NCBI GenBank assembly: GCA_964035545.1
Contig: OZ037765.1
Coordinates: 14,146,698 to 14,210,697, forward strand
Length of the DNA: 64,000 nucleotides
Source of the DNA: Bugula neritina
Lineage: Eukaryota > Animalia > Bryozoa
Reading direction: 5' to 3'
The notes under the pieces are model-generated. The model made no database searches. It was not told the origin of the DNA and saw nothing but the letters and a program-made list of their open reading frames with translations. Of this stretch, positions 36,831 to 48,802 are shown piece after piece; positions within the stretch are counted from its first letter, which is position 1; every line of letters begins with the position of its first letter. The translations under genes and the position numbers were made by a program.

Positions 36831-38129
36831 AGTGCTGCTGCTGTTGACTGAGCTTTGTTGATAGAGCGTCAAACTTTTATTTCTAGTCCAATATATTCAT
36901 CAAACTTACTGCGCTTTGTATTGTAATGTCGGTTGATGTTATATTTTTTTAGCACAGCAATTACTTGTTGGCATATCATGCAGATTACTTAACATTCCGA
37001 AAAGTATTTGATAAAATACTGAAGATTCCAGTTATTGTTAAAAACTCTTGCCTCACGATCAACTTTCATCGGCATTGTCATCTTAGAAAGTTATTATTTT
37101 TGTACTTGTAGAAAAAACTGTATTTTACACAAGGCAGTTGTAGACTGAATTGTAACTGAAAATTACTATATTTATAGTTACCCAATAACTTACAAAACAA
37201 ACACATGAAATATATATTTGATTGGTTAAAATAAAACTGGGTTAGCTACTTTGAAGTAGCTGGTAGGCACATTGGATTTCAAAATCAGACTAACTGCTTA
37301 TCTTTTGCAATACAGTAAATAAAAATGAGATCTTAACTATTCTTTCAAAAAAGTATTGTCTTTATATGGCCGGTCTTGATTAAAAGCCCTTGAAATATTT
37401 GTCCGCACAGGATAGTTAGGGGCAACCTTTTAGCTGCAATTGCTTTGCTGAGGTTTGCATTGTAATCGTGTAAGAATTCAGTACCAGTAAAATAAAATCT
37501 CACCTAATAGTACTAGAATCAAAATTTAAAAACTATGTTGTGAATTTTTTTCCCCAGTATAAGGTTTTTGGAATTTTTTTGCAAAGTTATAGAAAAAAAC
37601 TGCACATTTTTTGGCTACTTTTGCCTGAAAAGTTGATTTTTTAGTACCAGTAAAATATCTCAGCAGGAAAATATATCTGAATAAAAAAGCAATAACTCTT
37701 AAATTTTATATAAATAATGGGTTTATACACTGAAAATTGTATTTTTTTTCTTAAGTAATTAGCACTGTGCATCACTTCGCACTTCAGTGAACACGTAGAG
37801 ATGAGAATATAATATTGGCATGCACATTACTAGTCACAGACTTGCGAGCTAACAGGCTATAATGACTAGCATGCTGTTTATTGGTTGTAGTTTGATCTCA
37901 AGCTAAACAATGACAAGTAGGCAACAAGCATGCCACCCACTACTGTACAAGAAGTTAAACTGCATTTTAAGAGAAATTTATGATTTTCTTAGTAGGGATG
38001 CCCTTAACTATCGTATGTGTAGGCTGTTACAAGCTAGTTAGCAAATTGGATGAAAAAAAATTGTAACTTGCTATACTTTGGGGGAGGCACACAAATATAG
38101 CTGGAGGGCCGGATCCTGGCCGCCTGTCG

Positions 38130-38675
38130 GACAGCCCTTGTCTAGAGTATGTTTGAGTGTGAAGTTTGCCTCTGATAGCAGCTTTCTGCATGTACTGTCT
38201 GATCATATCCCACATACTATTCTGTCACGTAAAACCTGTTCACGATAATTAGTTTGAAATTCATTGATAGTCTTACCTGCTCGTTGGTTTCGTTGACGAA
38301 AACAGTAGGTTTCAGCTATTTCAAGAGGTGCTGGGGCAAGATGATCTATCAACAGAGGGATAATTTGTTGAAAAGCTTTGTCCCTTGGCTTGTCTGGAGC
38401 ACGTAAACTTCTCAAATAATGATGTCTTGGGGCCAATGAAACTGAGAAAAGCAGCCCTTTTCCAGTCGTCACTGATCTCATTAGCTTCAACAAACATCTC
38501 AAAACGCTCTAAGTAGCATGTGAAAGACTCGGTGTCGTCAAAGGGTTCCATGTGTTCAATGGAATTTGCAGTGGCTATGTTGAGTGATCAAATATTAAAA
38601 TTCCTATTTATTGCTGATTGAATTGTATTACTTAATTTACATTAAGCCGTCGGTCTTCCATCCTCGCCTCTACTT
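38130..38675 (-). mobile_element. Ty3/Gypsy gag fragment with degenerate PBS
   Basis: MEPFDDTESFTCYLERFEMFVEANEI..RAAFLSFIG, then FRQRNQRAGKTINEF..LRDRIVCGI after a frameshift. PBS-like TAGAGGCGAGGATG at ~38659-38672. Confidence 0.8.
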
Positions 38676-39461
38676 GTGTTTTGTGTTAATAATGGGTATC
38701 GTTAATTAAATGTGTGAATGTATAAATTGTTTGCGAACTGTAACTCTATTATCAAAACCAAAAAGAAAAGCATGGAAAAGTTTCGATCTATAGAAAATGA
38801 ATGCAGAATAAAATGTAATCTGCCGAAACCGCAAATAACAAATACGTACTAAAAATATCTCATGTCCAACTGCCCGTCGGGCACTCGAGTTGGTGCCCTG
38901 CCCGAATCGGCTGAAACGGGCGCCTGCACCCAGTTGAGCATTCCAAACAATTTCAGGCGTTCAACTCAGCTAAATATCAGAGACCTGGGAGGGATTCACA
39001 GTCAACAAAGAAAATAGCTACGCCATTGATACTGCTATTCATGTAATTTGCTGCGTTAAAATGGTATTAAATAAATCCCCAGATTTACCACAATATTTGT
39101 TGTACTGGTATTTAAAGGATGATCTCTCAGAGTTGTGTATTCATGCTCTGCTTTGAGTGTTGAGCTCCGGCAATGTTCTTCTATTTCTGTATGTTCATAT
39201 TAGTGTAGATTGATATTGCTGTCTTGGGTTTCTCGTTGATGTATGTTCTCTGTTCTTGGTGTCCTTTCTTGTAAACTTCTTGCTTCTATAATTGGTCTTT
39301 TTATTTTCTGTTGTAGCTTTTTTAACTTCGGTTGTAGACTCAGCTTCCTCATAATTTGCTTGGTCTAACTTATTCAATGACGTATCAACAGATTTACTGT
39401 GCCTTCTCATTGGTGAACACTTGGCAGAGATTTTCAACTTCCTCACCTAAAATTATTTTGC

Positions 39462-39564
39462 ATAATAATAGTTGTGAGATTAACATATTTAGTAATTATC
39501 TAAAATTATTTTGCACAATAATTTTAGATAATTACTAAATATGTTAATCTCATAACTATTATTA
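39462..39564. repeat. ~100-bp near-perfect palindrome (inverted duplication)
   Basis: ATAATAATAGTTGTGAGATTAACATATTTAGTAATTATCTAAAATTATT pairs with AATAATTTTAGATAATTACTAAATATGTTAATCTCATAACTATTATTAT. Confidence 0.9.
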
Positions 39565-40078
39565 TCAAGAAATTCAGCACACTTCTACAAAGCATAATAA
39601 TCAGCCTCATCAATTTTCGAGAACCTTGCATCATCGTTACGCAAGTGCGAAAGACAAGCTTTAGTCATTTTTTCTTCAATTTTGTGATTTGGGTTTGTCC
39701 ACTCTTTTCATTGCTTTTTATGTTCTTCTAATTTTACTACTTTACTACTCAATTTTTCTGATATGCCATGATCGTGGCTACAAGTTGTAGCCACGGTTGC
39801 CAATTCAGCATCACTGCTAACTTTCATTGCATGCTATTTTTAGCTGCGGCAACACACAGCTTCATATAGCTTTTATTGAGATCATTTGATGATGACCAAA
39901 TATGTTGAATTTCTTTACATAACTTATTACTTACAGTTGAGTTGGTTTTAAAACTCTTGCTTTCGCATATGCATAATCAATTTTCTACTTGAACATCTTC
40001 TTCAGGGCTACTAGATGCTCAGAATTGTTTGAGCCATGAATGATATCTTACATTCTGGTTTATTTGGTCTACATTAAA

Positions 40079-43000
40079 ATGACTGAATGCCATAGAAAAA
40101 CATACGAGTTCCTTGATTCTAGAAGGAGTAACTTTGTGCTGCAGCTACAAATAGGGGAGGTAAAACTTTGTCATATTCATCTTTTTTTAGTGTTGTCATG
40201 AAACTGTTGTCCAAAATTTCTATATTGCTAGAATTTGTTTCTATTCATTTTTTATGTGTATAGTGTGTGTTTACAGATATTAAAAGCTGACTATGGCTTG
40301 TATACGTGGCCGTGTGCTGTAGTACTTGCCCAATTTGTCATACATAGCAGAGATAAAATACTAAATAAGTTTCTAGTTGAGGTATGTACCTTTTCAGCTA
40401 GCTCTGTAAATATGTGCTGTTTTGCTTGATAGGGAACATTTTTAGTTAATTTAAGCGTTTTACTTATGTAAACTTAATCAACAAAAACCATGATAAGTTT
40501 CAATGGCAAGTTATGGTTATTGTGGTATTAACAGCTTATTTTTCAAATAATTTGCCAAATGAAAACAAATAATTTGCTGAATAAATATGACAAAGCATTA
40601 CAGCATTTTAGAGCGTATCTGAAACCACCCATCAATCATTTCTCGAGTCAAGCCCTAGTTAGGTGGAATTACTAAATATAAGATCAACAAAAACATGGAT
40701 ATAAATAAGCCTCCCCTCCTTCCTGCATACTCAATAATCATTTACTGTTGGTTTTGTTTTTGTGGGTAACTAATAATTTAGTGAAAAATCTTAATTAATA
40801 TTTAAATTTCTTTCAAACAATTATATGCTTGTTGAGCAATTACTAAAAGTTGAATTGAAATAGTCAATACAATTTTGATTTTTTTTTCACGAAGTTTTTA
40901 TAAATGTCTAATTTTGGAGAAAACAGATAGCGGAGGGTAGGAATAGTTGAACCGAAGTTTGCATTTTTTACCATAACTTTTTAAGAAATTAATTGATAAT
41001 CTGATAATGAAAACTCTTCAAATCAGTCATATGTTACCTTTGTTGTACAATAAAACGAAATACATTTATAAACATTTTGCTGACTGAGATATGGCCAATT
41101 TTTCACATATAAAATTTTTGGCGCAACATGCCCGAGGCTGCTAGGGGGTGAATTGAGCTAACTTGTGAGACAGATTGAACCAATGCCAGTTTCAATAATA
41201 AATCAACTGTTTCAACTATCAAGTAAATTGAAAATGGTTTAGTAGAGATCAACAATAGCAAAAATAGAAAAAGCTTGAAAATAACTGGGTATTAACGCAA
41301 AACAACATAAGCTGAAACCATTCAACCGTATGCTACCATCTTACAACCTTGTCCAGGTTGATTTGAAGCCTCAATTAAGCTTGACTGGTGATGTTCCGCC
41401 ACTTGTTTGAGGCTGAGGTAAGACTGCGTTAATGTCTGTCACTTTCAATTTCGCCATTTTCTGGAAGAACAACCCATTACCGGGTCTGTTGTTGATAGCT
41501 TCACGTGTTTAATAAATTGATTGATTCACTTGGCAAAAAAATTTTTCAGCTATCCTAGCACTGTAGTGGTGCAAACCCAGCGATCCAGCAGGGGTACTTC
41601 TTATATAAGCGGTTTTATTTTTATCGGTTTTCTTTGGCCATTAATTTGTAAGCAGGGGGAAAGCTGTTTCCAGATATATCATATTGCTGTTATCAAAATT
41701 CCTTGTTCTGCTGATATTGCTTGCGAAACTTGTTTTGCATTCTTTTCTGCAATAATCCTTGGTGGCACATGGACTGTAATTGTGGATTCGTTTATATTGT
41801 GAATCCTAACAGCTGAAAATTTGTGTTAAGTACTTTTTGAAGGTTGGTGAAAAACTGCGAAATTGTGTGCCTGTTAAAGCTAGTTAACCTCCCAAGGCTG
41901 GTAGCTTCTGGTTTTCTAATAGAGAGGCTTTAGTAACGCTTTAAAAACCCAAATATTCAGTCTTTTCCTGCCTTAACTCTTTCAGCCTATGAGGGTAGTG
42001 TTTGAAATTTTTTAGCAGTAGCCGATTGGTAAGCAAGCTTTTTCAACTCGTAAGTTGTCAATCCATAGTTCATTCTTGGACATGTTGACAAATATGAAGT
42101 GAGGTCCTCCTCCATGGGATCGGAAACTACCAAGCTTGGTTGGGCATAGTCAATTTTCTTGAACGGCTGCTTGAAAGCTTATGACAGTGTGATAAGATTT
42201 ACACCTGCTGCAGTAGCAGCGTGTCTTATGCTACTGCCTTGTTTTACCAAATCTATTGCTGTAAGTGAACTGTCCGTGTCTGCTCCCCGGTTTGTTTTCC
42301 GTTTGTAACTTCGAACCATTCTAGAAACAGCAGCAAAATATTTTAATCGCACTGTTAACATAAATTTTCATATATCCTAAGACTAAATGTGTTTTGTATT
42401 CATATTTTGTTGGTAAAAAAAGTTTAAATTGAGAAAAAATAGTTCAACTAAAATTTAAGAACTGGTCAACACAATTGTGATTAAATAGTTAGTGGGACAA
42501 GTTGAACCAGGTTCAACTAGCCTCACCACTGTTCTTGTTCAACTAGCCCCACACTGTTGTGTTACAAGGAATCACCAATATCTGCTAAGAATTGGATTTC
42601 TCTGTAACTTTAAGCTGTTGCCCAGCTTTAAAATCGTGTTTAAAACATATGCCTGGGTTAATCTGACATGGCTATTAAAACTCAAAAAGTTTTGTAATTT
42701 TTTAAGCAAAATTGAACTTTTAGTTTCCTCAGTTTTTAAGAGAAAAAATGTGAAAAATTTCAGCTCACCTGAAAACTTCTGCTTTGCTTTCAATTATTTC
42801 AAGATGTTAGCCAGTTGACGTAGAAAGCTTCTAAGCAAAAGAGGTAAGAAAGTGTAGTGATATAAACTAAAGAAAATAAAACATGTGGTTCATTTATCCC
42901 TATGGTTCAACTATCCCCCACCCTCCTCTATAATTAAAACCAAATAAATTTTTTAAGTGCTATTTTATTCTGGTGCAGCGAAGCCTTTTCAACGAACCCT

Positions 43001-46000
43001 TAAATTTAAGTAGTTGCAGTATTTCTATCAATATATATTGCTAGCATCGTTGTTTTCACCCTGCTGTTCTGATAGAGTTGCCATATATTTTATTAGTTGC
43101 ATAATAAATAGGACAAAAGATATATTTATATTTCCATTGCAAGTCATTGTCATTTCGCAACGTTTCACCTAGAAAATAATTATGCCACTGTGTCTCTTTT
43201 TAGCTTGGAGCTGGGACTGGATTGGCTGGACTTGTGGCTGCAAAATGTGGCGCTGCTCTTGTAACCCTCACAGATCACATGGATTGCCAAGATGGTTTGC
43301 TTAATTTACAAAACATGATCGTCCACCAGGGTGTATCTAATGCTAATGTATGTGGGTTGACCTGGGGTCACTTCACTTCTGAATTGCTGAATATTCGAGG
43401 AGCAGATATCATTCTTGCTGCTGATTGTTTTTACAGTTCAAAGGGTAAATATTTATCAAAAGTGTCAAATACTTGGTAATTAACCAATCATTGTGGCTGT
43501 TACAGTCTGCTGTTCCAGGCTTAGTTTGTATAGTTGTTGTTTTGAAACGTAGTGGAAATTGAATTGAAACTTTATACCAAATTTACTCAATATTAACAAC
43601 CAATTGTATAAATTCAGAGAAAATCATGACAATATATGAAGTTTTAAAATAACGACATCTAGCATAATTAAATTTGGAGTGTAATGGATACAACTAGCAT
43701 AATTCTAGGTTTTGTATGCAGGAAAGTCTATAGGATGCAGAGTGGTTGGCATTCTATGGACTTTACTCAAAATTAGTCTGCGTCATTTGCTCTAAGAAAT
43801 GGAATGTAATGTAGTTGTCAATTATCTACTTCATTTTAGATTTTGAGCCGGTGTTGGTTACTGTGGCTTATCTTATTGACGCAAACAAGTCTGCAGAGTT
43901 CTGGTGTACTTATCAAATACGCAGGTAAATGTTTACGAAATTAGTATTACCATAAATGTTATTTTTAATTAATTAGCAATGTAAAACTGTAAAACTCATC
44001 AACACAAAGATTTTTATTTGAGTAGTGTACAGTTTCAATGTGTGCTAAGCTGCTAGAACATGCAGTGGGTAAAGTTAAATTCTATCTTAATTAGGTCAGT
44101 AATTCTCACTCATATAACTTATTCTAACTATGCTACACTGTGCTGAATTATTAACAACACTTATCATATATTTACTGGCAGTACCAAATATATTAACAAT
44201 GCAAAGCATAAAACTGTTGCACATAGTATGTTGTATAAGACAAGTAGCACATAGGTTATTACGTAGTATAAGACAAGTAGCACATAGGTTATTACGTAGT
44301 ATAAGACACAATAGCACATAGGTTATTACGTAGTATAAGACACAGTAGCACATAGGTTATTACGTAGTATAAGACACAGTAAACACATAGGTTATTACGT
44401 AGTATAAGACACAGTAAACACATAGGTTATTACGTAGTATAAGACACAATAGCACATAGGTTATTATGTAGTATAAGACACAGATGAGTGTGAAAATATG
44501 CCTCAGCTAATCTATGCTGAAAATAAAGTGGTTTTTTTAGAGCTACAGCTTTTTAGCACTTTTTTACCTCCTCTAATATGTATGTTATGTAGCCAAGGCA
44601 AAAATAAATAATAAGTAGTAGCTCCAAACATAATGGCCTGATTTTATATTTCTGGTAGAAAGTGTGTGCGGTAGGTTTCAAAAATTGAACACAAGTTATC
44701 TGAGTGAAAGTTTTCATTACCTACCTTATTTAAAGGTTGCCATAACTGTAAATTAAATATTTTATCTAGAACAAGATGTCAACTAAAGGAAATTTTAGCA
44801 CCCACTTCAAACATGTAGAGTGTAGACTGTGGTTATGTCATTAGTGTCTTGAAGCAAATAAATGAATTTAGTGTTTAACAAAGCCATGTGGAAGTCCCAT
44901 CAAATCAAGCCACTGACTAGTTGTGACTCAACATAAAGTTGAGGTTGAGAAATGATCTAAAATGAGTCACATATCTGCTCTATCTATGTCAAGACATGCA
45001 ACGCTCATCTACTTCAGTAGTTTTATGGATTTATAGAAAATATGCAAGTGTATATTTACAGCAAAATTAATATTTATAGTATCTGTAAACTGAGCCTTTA
45101 TAATGGTGAAAATGGCCACATTTATCACAACATAAAACAATATAGTTATATATGCATTTTTCATCTAAGTAGTTTTTTTTCATATTTTATTTAACAGTAT
45201 GACTTTTTACAAAACTTTCCCCATTAAGTGTATTTTGTGATTTCTTATGTAAAAGTTTTCAGTCTATACTCATTTTTGTGGCCATTGTTGAAAATAGATC
45301 CGTTTGTAATTGCTAGTGTTGTCCTTAAAAAGGGGAGACAACTTCGGTTATTTTTTTGAAAATTAAAGTTACTTAAAGTTGTCTGTTGAAAAATTAAAGT
45401 TAGATCTAAATTTACGATTCTCAGCTTTTTTGCAGTAATTCAATCACCATTTTTGGTGCCGAACATAAGTAAGGTTGGTCATGTGTTGAATTGAGCAAAA
45501 TAATTACCTACTAAAAATAACTGAAGACAAACTGTTTCAAATTTGGAGGGAGTGGGGTGTTTTTCACTTCAAATTATGTGCTTGCTGTTTAAACCACATC
45601 ATATGTAGCTAACTACATTTGAGTATTACTGGCAATTATCTATTAATAAATCTATCATGCAGCAGATGTATAGTATGTTGGTATTATTGTTGTCTAGGTA
45701 TGTAAGTAAGGTTCTGTAATGGGTTGTATTTTATACCAAACTAGGCTGTATTGCATTATAGTCTATACAGCACAGTATGCTATAATATATTACACTATAT
45801 GCTACACAATACTATAATATATTCTATACTATAATATACTATACAATACTATACTACACTATATACTATTTCATTTTAGTGCAGAGAGATCTTTAGATTA
45901 TCTTCTAGAGAAGTGGAATTTGCAGTGTCGACTAGTCAACACTGATGAGTTTACTAGTGATGTATCAGTTGTGTGTAAACAATGTTCACTAGATGTACCT

Positions 46001-46039
46001 TCTCATGAGATTCAGCTGCTTATTATAACTGCAAAATGA
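40079..46039 (+). CDS. METTL23: Methyltransferase-like protein 23 (family 16 seven-beta-strand MTase, ~223 aa)
   Basis: Exons 40079-40159, 40277-40381, 43204-43444, 43840-43924, 45880-46039; 672 nt, in frame. Motifs YGLYTWPCAVVLAQF, ELGAGTGLAG (motif I), VTLTD, GLTWG, DIILAADCFY, DFEPVLVTV, FWCTYQIRSA, LEKWNLQC. Confidence 0.9.
40930..42928 (-). mobile_element. Internally deleted pogo/Fot1-type DNA transposon in METTL23 intron 2
   Basis: TIRs G(C/A)GGAGGGTRGG..ATAGTTGAACC at both ends with TA flanks (40928-29, 42929-30). Transposase start MVRSYKRKTNRGA..SSIRHAATAAGVN (HTH-psq) at 42319 downward, disrupted further on. Confidence 0.8.
44234..44483. repeat. 33-34-bp minisatellite (~7 copies; TATAAGACACAGTAGCACATAGGTTATTACGTAG)
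   Basis: Direct head-to-tail units in METTL23 intron 4, with no unique spacers. Confidence 0.92.
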
Positions 46040-48552
46040 AGGCAGTCATTGGAATCCCAAATCTCAGAATGCTGGAAAGTCATAATTTGGAGTTATTTCC
46101 TTTGCAATCATTATAAACTAACTAACTAACTAACTAACTAACTTTGATGTGGTGAAAATCTACCCGTTTATAGAATATAGGTTGCATTTTGTAAACATTG
46201 TAACAGAGTTGAATATTTTGACTGCTGTTAGGTTTCCTCATTAACTTTATGTTTCAACAAGCTACAAAATTGATCTTTTGTCAGGAATACATATTATACA
46301 TCAGAGCAGATCAATAAACTTAAACATTAAAAGGAAGTTGTTTTGCCTTGTAATTTTTCCTTATCAACTATCAGCTTTTGGTAAGTGGGTGGTGCTCCTT
46401 GACAGATTATAAGGTACTAAAATTGACTCTGTTCTCAGTTCACATACTGCAAGAGCTGTTTTGGTAATTACTAAACTTAATAATATTTCACACTCTTACA
46501 CTAAGAAGTTAATGGTATTGGAAGTAGAAATACCACTATACCTTCAGTAAGAATCATTAAAGTTTGAAGGACTTTTAAGCCTACTTATATTGAATGTCAA
46601 GAATTTCTTTATTTTCTTCTATTTGCAAAGAATAAAAGATAAAATTAATATTATAAAATCTGCTTGATCATAAATTTACCCAGAACACTTGAATATGATT
46701 TTGTAAACTCAAGTAAATCAAATTAAGGACCATGAGAGAAGTGAAATGCAGAAGCTGGTTTCATGTAAAGGTAAAGTGATTTTGTGCTTGCACGTGCATG
46801 CACTTCAACTCTGCTCTCCCATTAAGTATCTTAGTCAAGTGTTTTCATTTTTAATGATATCAAAATCTGAAATATGGTAAACTCAAATCATAGCCAGGTG
46901 CAAAAGTAAAATCATTCAATATGTGTCTGCTCATTTCAGTGCAAAAGCTCCCAACTTAGATAGAAATTGTAAAAGGGTTGCAACAGCATGCATTAGCAAC
47001 CTTATTGTTGTTTATGTAACTAATGCATAGTAGCAAATTTTGAAAGGTATAATTTATAAATAATAATACAAACCATTAATGCATTTCTCTAAGGTATACT
47101 AGTTTATAATCTCTCATGAGATTAATCTATTTACAACACCTCTTTTTGAAATAGCTATGGAATATTGCTTCAGGGAAGCTCATTCTTCTATACTACCGAT
47201 GGCACTTCGAGAAGACAGTGTCTAAGGAAATAATAAGCAAATAACCTCAGCATTTAGCTTCGGTTTTCATTGTATTGCTCAAACTTAAGAAATAAAATAA
47301 CTTTTAGCTGTCATTCTTGGGCACAATGAATATATAAATGCTAAATTCCATGTTGTTTACCAAGTGCTTAGTGACCAAATAGTAATACAAACAAGTATTA
47401 TATTAACCAGATGTGTCTAAGTAATTTCTTACTAAGTTGTAATATACAATTATATTTACATCTAGAAAGGTTTGTTACTAATGGACAGCATGTATGGAGC
47501 AGGCATTGCTGACAACTAGTAGTTTAGTCTTGTTAAGCTATTAGACAGTAGATGTTCATTCAAAAAATCTGCGCTAAATCGTTGCTCATGTTCTATATAT
47601 TCTACTTATATAAAGAATGACTGAAGTTGTCTTTTAGGTTTTTGTACCTCTCAAGATTTTCTTTTTTTCAATCTGCAGAGTTGGCAATTTTTTATTATTT
47701 GGAAATTTTAAAATAGAATTTATTTCTGTCAAAGTGGGCATAGTCTATGCATTAGCATTTCAAGCCAAGAGACATAAATCTTGAAAAAAAAATAAAACAA
47801 TGCCTTAAAGTTATATATAATCGTAAAATTTTCTAATATGTTTCATTTTATGGTATCATGAAATCCGTTATTTGCAACAGTAGCATATGTTATGAAACTA
47901 ATATTCAATACTCAAGTACACTGTACAACATGCGCATACTTTCTTATAATCTAAAATGATCTCATCTTTTTAATGCATGTAAAATATCTGTTATCTGATA
48001 CCATAGAGCTTGTAACATTCTATATCAACGAATGCTTTTTCTTCTGATATAACAAAACAAATAGACTACCTGAGTATCACCATCTCTGACACACACTTTA
48101 CTCGCAAAGCTAACCAAAACCTTATCTTATATTTGTTCACATGTTTGCTTTTCTATTATTTTATAGTAGTTGAACATAAGACACTGTCAATTTCACTCCT
48201 TATTAATCATGCAAACACACATAGAATCAAAAAACAAGCCAGAAATAATATCCGATTGTAGCAATTCAAACTACTTTCATTCAAATCGAGCTCAGCGAGC
48301 TAGAGAAGGGGAGGTTATGTCAATATTCTAAGCAATAGAAACTATTTATATAATTTTACTTTTGCCTAGAAATGAAACGAACATAATTTTCTATTTATTT
48401 CAATTTCACCTTAAACCAATAAATAATTTTATAAATGATGATATTTTTAATCCTAAAAGTTGATTTCTGAATCTACCAATCATTTATTTATTGGTATTAT
48501 TTTAGAACAACAATAACTGTATTGATAAGAGAAATGGGCTATTGTGCTTAAG

Positions 48553-48580
48553 CTCCGCCCCATCATCAACTAGCCAATCA
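48553..48580 (+). promoter_or_regulatory. Candidate netrin proximal promoter elements (GC box and CCAAT box)
   Basis: CTCCGCCCC at 48553 and AGCCAATCA at 48572 in AT-rich DNA, ~230 bp upstream of the netrin ATG. Confidence 0.4.
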
Positions 48581-48802
48581 ATGGTTAGTATGAGGGAAAA
48601 TGTGTTCAGAGATAAAGTTTGTTACATGAGTGATTAGATCTTTATCTGCCATTCAACTGATATCTGCTGTGAAGTTGAGAATGAATTGGAATGGAATATA
48701 GCAAACCAATACATGAGCTTAGTATCTGGACACATTTATCTTGAGTAGAGGAAACATCTTATTTTATTTAGACAATCAAAACAACATACACACATCTACA
48801 AA

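Noticed and set aside
44234-44483. 33-34-bp repeat array resembling CRISPR repeat length
   Set aside because: Units are head-to-tail with no unique spacers, no cas genes are present and it lies in a eukaryotic intron; it is a minisatellite.
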